A stretch of DNA of 20,000 nucleotides. Origin: an uncultured virus (IMG/VR IMGVR_UViG_3300050035_000427). Lineage: Duplodnaviria > Heunggongvirae > Uroviricota > Caudoviricetes. The notes under the pieces are model-generated. The model saw only the letters and a list, made by a program, of their open reading frames with translations. It was not told where the DNA came from and searched no databases. The position numbers and the translations under genes are program-made. The stretch is from the IMG/VR virus record IMGVR_UViG_3300050035_000427; one strand, written 5' to 3'. Positions 13,551 to 20,000 of this stretch are shown one piece after another. The stretch's first letter is position 1. Every line of letters begins with the position of its first letter.

Positions 13551-13808
13551 ATGACAACTGGAGTATTGGAAATCGAAGGCAATGGCCTACTGATCATGCT
13601 CGACAAAACTGGCGATTCGAGGATGCAGTGGGATCGCGATAACCCTGAAGAAGTCACCAAGGCCGAAGCTCGATTCAAGGAGTTGAAGGGCAAGGGTTAT
13701 CTGGCTTACAGCGTGGGCAAGAAGGGTGACCGTGAAGGCGAGGTCATCAACAAATTTGATCCCAGTCTTGAGCGCATCATCATGCACTCTCCGATGCAAG
13801 GAGGCTAG
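13551..13808 (+). CDS. Small protein ending in Gly-Gly (ubiquitin-like terminus)
   Basis: SD AAAGGTG before the ATG at 13551. The C-terminus is [10 protein letters not shown]. Confidence 0.75.
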   Translation: MTTGVLEIEGNGLLIMLDKTGDSRMQWDRDNPEEVTKAEARFKELKGKGYLAYSVGKKGDREGEVINKFDPSLERIIMHSPMQGG

Positions 13809-13810
13809 TC

Positions 13811-14035
13811 ATGTCGGAAGCACCTAAATACAAAGGTAAGGTCAAGTGGTTCAATAACGCCAAAGGATATGGATTCATTGGGCGTGAAGATGGGCCAGAT
13901 GTATTCGTTCACTACTCGGCAATCCAGTTGAACGGATACAAAACTCTCAAAGAAGGTGATGATGTCGAGTTCGGCATTGTCGAAGGACAGAAAGGTCCCC
14001 AGGCGGATTCAGTTATTCGTTTGCAGGATGTGTAA
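13811..14035 (+). CDS. cspA: Cold-shock domain protein
   Basis: [15 protein letters not shown] (RNP1) and DVFVHYSAI (RNP2). Confidence 0.96.
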   Translation: MSEAPKYKGKVKWFNNAKGYGFIGREDGPDVFVHYSAIQLNGYKTLKEGDDVEFGIVEGQKGPQADSVIRLQDV

Positions 14036-14049
14036 GGAGGAGATCGAAC

Positions 14050-14559
14050 ATGTGTCTTGATGCGGTCACCGAAACCTATGACCATCCTTCCACGCTGATT
14101 GTAGATGGCTGGAAGGAATTCGGAGGGTCAACCAAGCAGCCAACCTTCCAAAACTACACATACAAAGGATCCAATGTTGTCCCTCTCGACACCTGGATTC
14201 CGGCTTCCAACGAGCATTCAGCGCAAATCAAAGCCAACGACGGCAAGAAGTATGAGCCAGGGTTTCACACCTACTTTGATGAGACCGAATTCAAGGGCAT
14301 GGGCAGGTCTAATTCAAATTCATATCGCCGCGTGTTCCTCCGCAAGGTCTCTTGTCTTGGCCGGCAGTCCAGTCTGAAGACGGTTATCGCTCTGGAGATG
14401 TATGTTCCATCTGACCAGAACGGATGGCCTCCAAAGAAATCCAGGGATGACGACGATCCCATCACTCCTATCACTCCCAGCGATCCTTCAGCGAAGAAGA
14501 GGACGCCCAGGAAGAGCATCATGGAACGCTTCAGAGGAATCACTCCGGGGAATGCCTAA
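14050..14559 (+). CDS. Hypothetical protein (169 aa)
   Basis: Strong SD AAGGAGG, and a YEPGFH motif seen in phage hypotheticals. Confidence 0.75.
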   Translation: MCLDAVTETYDHPSTLIVDGWKEFGGSTKQPTFQNYTYKGSNVVPLDTWIPASNEHSAQIKANDGKKYEPGFHTYFDETEFKGMGRSNSNSYRRVFLRKVSCLGRQSSLKTVIALEMYVPSDQNGWPPKKSRDDDDPITPITPSDPSAKKRTPRKSIMERFRGITPGNA

Positions 14560-15515
14560 TGCCTAACGCCGAAGCAGTCACTCACGGATACAATCCCACT
14601 CCCTTTCCGCTCATGCTCACGGATGGAACTGCCACCACCGCACCCAATCGAGCTACCCTCGCTCCTCTCACTGTTCCTCTGGACATGTGTGTAGCTTCGA
14701 GTTGGGAACTTCCTCCAGGAGGTCCGTATGCAGGGCCTGATGCTGACCCCAACTGGGCTGGTCTGGATCTCGTTGCGACTAACAATTCTCATCCCTACTA
14801 TACCGGATGGGATTATGGAGTCGGATCAGGTCAATCGGTGGTAACCATGAACTACAAGATCGATTACCCGACCATAACGACCACCAATGCCAGCAACTAT
14901 GTGTACTATTACAACCTGGGCAACTATGAGTACACTCCGGCAGAAGCATCGGTCGTCAACGTCAAGTACAACTATCAGAACTACATGCAACAGTACCAGA
15001 ACATGATGGTCCAGAACTACCAGAATTATGTGGGGAACGTGATCGTCACCAACGATTATGTTTGCACTCCGGATCAGGTCAACTGGCAGTATGTCAATGT
15101 TTCTCCTGCCTATCACGAGTCGGAGGAACAGAAGGCTACAAGGCTGGCTGCCCAGCAGTTGCGTGAAGAGGAAGAGAAGGCTGCAGAGACTCGTGCAGAG
15201 GATCTGTTGATCGCTCTTCTTACGGACGCACAGATCCTTCAGTACCAGATGCACGGATACTTCGAAACCGAAGTCAATGACAAGATCTACCGCATCAAGA
15301 AGGGGCGGTCAGGGAATGTCGAATTGATCGAGGAAGGGAAGCCCAAGTTCCGGTATTGCGCTCATCCATCCGAATGGACTCCTAATCAGGACGTCATGAT
15401 CTCCCAGCTGCTGATGCTCAAGACTGACGAAGCTCGGTTCCTGAAGACTGCCAATCGGACTGTGCTCTATCAACCGGCTGTGGCTCAGGCCATGGCAGCA
15501 CTGGACAGGTTGTAG
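14559..15515 (+). CDS. Hypothetical protein: Tyr/Asn-rich low-complexity N-terminal half plus a globular C-terminal domain (YCAHP...DVMISQLLML.TDE..FL..AN)
   Basis: TAATG coupling to the previous ORF; 318 aa. Confidence 0.8.
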   Translation: MPNAEAVTHGYNPTPFPLMLTDGTATTAPNRATLAPLTVPLDMCVASSWELPPGGPYAGPDADPNWAGLDLVATNNSHPYYTGWDYGVGSGQSVVTMNYKIDYPTITTTNASNYVYYYNLGNYEYTPAEASVVNVKYNYQNYMQQYQNMMVQNYQNYVGNVIVTNDYVCTPDQVNWQYVNVSPAYHESEEQKATRLAAQQLREEEEKAAETRAEDLLIALLTDAQILQYQMHGYFETEVNDKIYRIKKGRSGNVELIEEGKPKFRYCAHPSEWTPNQDVMISQLLMLKTDEARFLKTANRTVLYQPAVAQAMAALDRL

Positions 15516-15516
15516 C

Positions 15517-15810
15517 ATGAAACTTCACTTGAATGAATCCTCCAGGGAGATTGTAACTGGTATGGCTGGGCTCCTTGGAGGACGCGTCATCGCGGTCTAT
15601 TCCAGCAAGAGCGCGGCGGAAGAGATTGTCCGTCTCGTGAATGGAAGTGAAGCCCAGCTGGCTGCGCTCACAGGAGTGAAAGCCTGGTTTCAGAAGTTGG
15701 AAGATGACACTGATGACATGGATCCTCTCAAGGCCATGCGTCAACTCTATCATGCTCCGGTTCATGCCATGCTGGACAAAGGGATCGCTGCCACCAAAAA
15801 GAGTCGTTAA
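15517..15810 (+). CDS. Hypothetical protein (97 aa)
   Basis: Tightly packed ORF. Confidence 0.65.
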   Translation: MKLHLNESSREIVTGMAGLLGGRVIAVYSSKSAAEEIVRLVNGSEAQLAALTGVKAWFQKLEDDTDDMDPLKAMRQLYHAPVHAMLDKGIAATKKSR

Positions 15811-15836
15811 CCGATCTCATTGCTGAGTCGGTAGAT

Positions 15837-15935
15837 CGAGTCTACAACAGAAAGCATTCTCAAAGAGTACCGTGCGAGCTTAGGCTCAAAACTCATGAGG
15901 CGGAGGGTATGAGGGTGCTTTCTGTTGTAGATTCG
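15837..15935 (+). ncRNA. 26-bp stem enclosing a 47-nt branched loop
   Basis: CGAGTCTACAACAGAAAGCATTCTCA pairs with TGAGGGTGCTTTCTGTTGTAGATTCG. All three deviations are G-U pairs on the + strand. Confidence 0.6.
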
Positions 15936-15949
15936 TCAATGGAGAAACA

Positions 15950-16738
15950 ATGCACGTCGTCAAAAGAATGATCACCCCTAACGGGAAACTCGACAAGAGA
16001 ACTGTTTCGGCTATGATAGTGGTCGAGATTGCGATCTTTGCAGCAGTGTGGGTGACTTCACCCTTCGTGTTCCTTCCAAAGCCTCAGGATGTCCTCAGCG
16101 CCATGGGTGACCTATGGCAGCAGGGTTTGGCCCTGGAACTCATAACGAGCCTCACGCTCAACTTCCAGGCTCTCCTGGTGGCCTCGCTCCTCTCTCTGGT
16201 CATGGCTTATCTCGGCACCGTGCCCCTCTTCCGACCTGCCATTCAGATGATAGGCAAGCTGAGATTTCTGAGCATGGTCGGGTTGACATTCTTCTTCACC
16301 CTGATGACGAACTCAGGTCACCAACTCAAGTTGTCTCTCCTGGTATTCTCAGTCTCGGTCTTCTTCGTGACTGGCATGGTGGATGTGATCAATTCCGTTC
16401 CCAAGGAGAAGTACGATCTATGTCGAGTCCTTCACATGGGACCCTGGCGGACTCTCTATGAGGCGGTCATCCTCGGTCAGTTCGACAAAGCCTTCGATGT
16501 ACTCAGGCAGAACGCGGCCATCGGCTGGATGATGCTCTCCATGATTGAGGGCATGAGCCGTTCGGAGGGTGGAATTGGCGCGATGCTGATGACCCAAAAC
16601 AAGTATTTCCATCTATCCGAAATCATGGCCATTCAGATAATCATCCTGGTCCTTGGCTTGCTCCAAGACTTCGTTCTCGGCTGGCTGAAGAGTCTGGTAT
16701 GCCCATATGCCAATCTTGTACTGGAGAATAACAAATGA
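15950..16738 (+). CDS. ABC transporter permease (NitT/TauT family)
   Basis: LPKP..V motif, about 6 TM helices, EAA-like loop and W...E...SEGGIG motif. Confidence 0.9.
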   Translation: MHVVKRMITPNGKLDKRTVSAMIVVEIAIFAAVWVTSPFVFLPKPQDVLSAMGDLWQQGLALELITSLTLNFQALLVASLLSLVMAYLGTVPLFRPAIQMIGKLRFLSMVGLTFFFTLMTNSGHQLKLSLLVFSVSVFFVTGMVDVINSVPKEKYDLCRVLHMGPWRTLYEAVILGQFDKAFDVLRQNAAIGWMMLSMIEGMSRSEGGIGAMLMTQNKYFHLSEIMAIQIIILVLGLLQDFVLGWLKSLVCPYANLVLENNK

Positions 16739-17013
16739 ACCCTCTCATGCAGCAGTTTCTTCACCTGGATTTTGGCTCTGGTGCATTTTGGATCATCATG
16801 ACCGCTGTTGGCGGCCTGGTCTCCATGGGACACACGCTCATCAACAAGAAGTATCCCGGGCACCGGCACACCTTTGACCCCAACAAGTGGGAGATGACCA
16901 ACGAGATTGAGTATGTCGACGATAGCATCGACAAGTTCTACATCAACACCTGCTTGGGCTGTGGAATGCTCATAGAGAAGACAATCGAGATTGAATCCAA
17001 GTCAGAGGAGTAG
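16735..17013 (+). CDS. Hypothetical membrane protein inserted between permease and ATPase
   Basis: ATGA overlap, one TM segment, HxH...CxxC. Confidence 0.65.
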   Translation: MNPLMQQFLHLDFGSGAFWIIMTAVGGLVSMGHTLINKKYPGHRHTFDPNKWEMTNEIEYVDDSIDKFYINTCLGCGMLIEKTIEIESKSEE

Positions 17014-17015
17014 GA

Positions 17016-17870
17016 ATGTTCGTTCAGTATGAGTACAAAGAGACACTCTTGAAATTGGATAATTTGTGTCTGAATTTTGGGCCGAAGCCAATTCTCAAGG
17101 GAGTATGTGCTGAGATCAAGGATATCTACATTCCTGGCAGAACGACAGGTCAAATTGTCGGATTCCTTGGCCCATCCGGAGTTGGTAAGACTCAGTTGCT
17201 TCGTCTTCTGGCTGGCCTGCATGACCCCACCAGCGGACAGGTTCTTCTTGCTAATGGAGCAGAGACTGGCAAATACGACGGAACCTTTCATCCCGTGTCT
17301 GCTGGAGAAGTCGGAGTTGTGGCTCAGAACTACCCTCTGTTCGAGCATCGTTCGGTATTTGGCAACCTGATGTTGCCGGCGCTCGCTCATGAACAGAATC
17401 GTGCAACAGCCAAGGATACGGTCCTCACTCACCTGGACAAGTTCGGGTTGCTTGACAAGAAAGATCTCTATCCCTGTCAGCTTTCTGGCGGTCAGCGCCA
17501 GCGGGTTGCCATTCTCCAAATGATCATCTGCAAAGAGAGATTCATTCTCATGGATGAACCTTTTTCTGGACTTGATCTGATTGCCATTGAAACCATCATG
17601 GAGACTATTCAGGAGGCAGCAAACTTGCGTGAGGACAACACTGTTATCATTGTCACTCACGACGTCACAGCGGCTGTCTCGATTGCCGACCACATCTGGC
17701 TGCTGGGTAGGGACCATGATGCTGAGGGCAAGGTAATTCCTGGTGCACGCATTGTCGAAACTTACGATCTGCTCGCTCGTGGTCTTTGTTACGAGCCGGG
17801 AATTATCACTGCCAATCACGGGTTCACAGACACAGTGCGTGAAATCAAAACCAGATTCAGAACTCTATAA
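17016..17870 (+). CDS. ABC transporter ATP-binding protein (NitT/TauT family)
   Basis: Walker A GPSGVGKT, signature LSGGQ, Walker B ILMDEPF and H-loop VTHD. Confidence 0.96.
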   Translation: MFVQYEYKETLLKLDNLCLNFGPKPILKGVCAEIKDIYIPGRTTGQIVGFLGPSGVGKTQLLRLLAGLHDPTSGQVLLANGAETGKYDGTFHPVSAGEVGVVAQNYPLFEHRSVFGNLMLPALAHEQNRATAKDTVLTHLDKFGLLDKKDLYPCQLSGGQRQRVAILQMIICKERFILMDEPFSGLDLIAIETIMETIQEAANLREDNTVIIVTHDVTAAVSIADHIWLLGRDHDAEGKVIPGARIVETYDLLARGLCYEPGIITANHGFTDTVREIKTRFRTL

Positions 17871-17926
17871 ATTGGCCATTTTCTGAGTTTGGCAGTATTG
17901 GGCAAACGCATGGAGGAATCTCAGTC

Positions 17927-18097
17927 ATGCGGCGGAAGATGATTCAGCCCACGAAGGAGATATACAAGCTGGCATTGGAGCTTGCTTGCCGAAACGCTGG
18001 AAAGAATTTTCAGTACAATCGTGACGCTGGATATTACATTCAATGGGCTGAACGGATCATCACTGAAAAGGAAAAGAAGAAAACCTTAAAAACTTGA
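17927..18097 (+). CDS. Hypothetical protein (56 aa, MRRKMIQPTKEIYKLALELAC...)
   Basis: Translated by hand; SD GGAGG. Confidence 0.6.
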   Translation: MRRKMIQPTKEIYKLALELACRNAGKNFQYNRDAGYYIQWAERIITEKEKKKTLKT

Positions 18098-18157
18098 ATC
18101 CCCAGTATCATAGCGATGGAGCCGTTGCTCTACAAATCAAACTGAGGATAATCCAAA

Positions 18158-18430
18158 ATGTCGACCACACCAGTCGTACCTATTGGCCCACCTGAAAAGG
18201 TCAAGCTGTCACCCTCCCAACAGAAGTATGTCGCCCTCCTACAGAAGAAAGTCCTCGACTACCAGGCCTCGGCTCAGTCCGAACTGAATCGCTTGACCGG
18301 TCATCTGCAGGACGCCCTGGCCTATGTCCGCGAAGAGCTCGGAATTCCGGAGGGTCATCCGTATTCCCTGACTGAAGATGCTTCGCATCTGGTCCACACT
18401 CCTCCTCCCGCTCCAACAACCGAACAGTAG
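18158..18430 (+). CDS. Hypothetical protein (90 aa)
   Basis: SD GAGG. Confidence 0.7.
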   Translation: MSTTPVVPIGPPEKVKLSPSQQKYVALLQKKVLDYQASAQSELNRLTGHLQDALAYVREELGIPEGHPYSLTEDASHLVHTPPPAPTTEQ

Positions 18431-18432
18431 AG

Positions 18433-18717
18433 GTGGAATACGTGGTGCTCATTCTCCTAGTTTGCGGGTTGGCCGGTCTCTTCTTAGGATTTGGAGTGAT
18501 CTCAGGAGTCTATTTGGCGCAATGGGTATGGAAGAAGCTGCGCCAACCCACGGAGAGGGAGATGTATGTCTGGGAATGTTGTGTGTGCCGTTATCGAGTG
18601 CAGTCAAATCACGACCTTCACATCAACGATAGACTGATTTGTGTGCAATGTAATGCTGAGATGGAGCCTTACGTTCCAAAACAGCAGTCTGATGCTACAA
18701 CAGTCGTTCTCAGCTAA
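18433..18717 (+). CDS. Membrane protein with CxxC/CxxC zinc ribbon
   Basis: N-terminal TM segment and CCVC...CVQC. Confidence 0.65.
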   Translation: MEYVVLILLVCGLAGLFLGFGVISGVYLAQWVWKKLRQPTEREMYVWECCVCRYRVQSNHDLHINDRLICVQCNAEMEPYVPKQQSDATTVVLS

Positions 18718-18725
18718 GGAAAGTC

Positions 18726-18932
18726 ATGCCCTTTCCCAAAACATTTGATGACCTCAAAGCAGCCGGATACACTTTCCTGGACGATGCCACTTGTCGGGAT
18801 TGCGGAGAAGAGATAGAGTGGTGGGAAACTCCCAATGGGAAGAAGATGCCCATCGACCACATGACTCGTGGTTCTGATCCTGTTAGAGTTCATTTTGACA
18901 CCTGTGCAGAGAGATCCGACGACAAATGGTGA
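18726..18932 (+). CDS. Small zinc-binding phage protein
   Basis: SD AAGGA and CRDCGEEIEW...GKKMPID...HFDTC. Confidence 0.75.
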   Translation: MPFPKTFDDLKAAGYTFLDDATCRDCGEEIEWWETPNGKKMPIDHMTRGSDPVRVHFDTCAERSDDKW

Positions 18933-18965
18933 GCGAAGAACTGTTCCCGAGATGAGGAGGCTGAA

Positions 18966-19376
18966 ATGGGTGGTGGACCAGAATGCAGCGTTGAATCGGT
19001 GAGAATGTACTTGTATGGAAATATAGAAGGTCCTGGAAAAACCCAGTATCAGAGGCAAAGCAGTAAAATTGATCACCAGGAGTTTCCCATGGACTTTAGT
19101 TCACTTTCGTCGAATTCCGTTATTCGCTTTGCCGCCACAATGATTGCTGTAGATCATGGAGAGAGCAATCTCAAGACCGACAAAAAAGAGGTTCGGAGAG
19201 AGGTTCTCGATCTGGCCAAGAAGTTGACCGGATTGAAACACAGCAAGCTGATGACCGCTGATCGCATCTATATCAACTCTACCTTGACACCTACAATGGC
19301 AAGGATGAGTACGACAGCCGAGTCAATGACAATCCCGAACTTTGGGAAGACTTCTGTGTTCGGCTTTATCGTGTAA
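18966..19376 (+). CDS. Hypothetical protein (start at 18966 or 19089)
   Basis: Both ATGs have SD sequences. Confidence 0.6.
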   Translation: MGGGPECSVESVRMYLYGNIEGPGKTQYQRQSSKIDHQEFPMDFSSLSSNSVIRFAATMIAVDHGESNLKTDKKEVRREVLDLAKKLTGLKHSKLMTADRIYINSTLTPTMARMSTTAESMTIPNFGKTSVFGFIV

Positions 19377-19399
19377 CCAACTAGCAGGATTGCATCGAG

Positions 19400-19484
19400 G
19401 GACCGCAGGGTGCTCACAAGTACAGTCGAAGGCTAACATCCGGGAGTTGTGGTCCAGGACCAAGCGGCTGACTGCGGTTCGCCA
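19400..19484 (+). ncRNA. Intergenic multi-hairpin element ending in GCCA
   Basis: GGACCGCAG/CUGCGGUUC closing stem followed by GCCA. Inner stems GUGCU/AGUAC, CAGUCG/CGGCUG and UGGUC/GACCA. Confidence 0.35.
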
Positions 19485-19493
19485 AAGGAGCAT

Positions 19494-19799
19494 ATGGACG
19501 AGTTGTTCAGAATCGATGAGAATGGGCAGAAGTGGGTCACCGCTACTGATGGGAAAGAGTACAAGGTGACCGGGTATCCTGGCCAAGTGAAGTCAGGATA
19601 CATGTGTGCTGTTGATTTCCAGCATGAGGTCGGAGAGGCTCCCCAAACCGGACCAATCTGTGCGAGTCTAGAGAGTTTGTTTGCGGCGAAACCCTGCATC
19701 TCAGAATGCGGCTGGGTTCGAGTTCTCGTGATCGGAGTGGAGTTTGGGAAGCCAACAGTGGATCTCACTGTCCCAGAGAAAGAGCCAACTATCCAATGA
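19494..19799 (+). CDS. Hypothetical protein (101 aa)
   Basis: SD AAGGAG before the ATG at 19494. Confidence 0.65.
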   Translation: MDELFRIDENGQKWVTATDGKEYKVTGYPGQVKSGYMCAVDFQHEVGEAPQTGPICASLESLFAAKPCISECGWVRVLVIGVEFGKPTVDLTVPEKEPTIQ

Positions 19800-19963
19800 G
19801 CTATATGCAATTCCAGCAGCGTTGCAAAGCCTGTCAGAAGTCCTGGAACGCTGCGTTTGGAATTGTCCCTCTGGATCGATTCATGGAGGCTATCATCATT
19901 CGTGATACGCGCTGGCTCGGGCAGGAACGCCGCAAGGCTGAGCGCAGAAAAGGGGAACTGTGA
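19796..19963 (+). CDS. Hypothetical protein (55 aa, MSYMQFQQRCKAC...)
   Basis: ATGA overlap with the previous ORF. Confidence 0.5.
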   Translation: MSYMQFQQRCKACQKSWNAAFGIVPLDRFMEAIIIRDTRWLGQERRKAERRKGEL

Positions 19964-20000
19964 GCTGCTCTTATCACAAAGAAGGTTGTGCATCTACTGG

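Noticed and set aside
15917..15932. CTGTTGTAGAT resembles the 3' end of a Cas12a repeat
   Set aside because: Single copy, no repeat-spacer periodicity, no cas genes, and it is explained as one arm of a long stem.
1..20000. Stop-codon reassignment (alternative genetic code)
   Set aside because: Conserved genes are full-length in code 11 and end in TAA, TAG and TGA. There is no suppressor tRNA, and read-through of the ArgRS or binding-protein stops does not restore similarity.

Overview
This window looks like accessory DNA from a large (jumbo-like) bacteriophage. An Acidobacteria-type soil host is only a guess from gene style. Left end: the 3' part of a GH28 pectin-lyase-fold plus Ig-like protein (+ strand). 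About 1.9-8.0 kb: a minus-strand RNA operon with 11 canonical CCA-ending tRNAs (Arg-ACG, CAU/Ile2-like, Trp, Gln-CUG, His, Asn, Lys-CUU, Met-CAU, Lys-UUU, Arg-CCU, Arg-UCU), interleaved with HNH and PD-(D/E)XK endonucleases, small ORFs and several non-canonical structured RNAs. These are a permuted tRNA-like (YrlA-type) RNA, an apparently circularly permuted raiA-motif-like RNA, His- and Ala-identity mini-tRNAs, a degenerate tRNA-Glu and rod hairpins. The best finding is a 31-codon leader peptide with mutually exclusive antiterminator and terminator hairpins in front of this operon. 17 of its codons 2-20 are read by the downstream tRNAs, covering 10 of the 11, which suggests a codon-matched attenuator that senses tRNA depletion. 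Further right: a truncated ArgRS-like gene, a macro-domain protein, a Phd-like gene broken by a 177-bp internal inversion, and an ABC-transporter/coiled-coil module. The module's putative binding-protein gene is cut short and followed by a block with a GG-ending small protein and a cold-shock protein. Small hypothetical genes fill the end. All family and RNA assignments come from motifs read by eye and recalled family knowledge; no searches were run.
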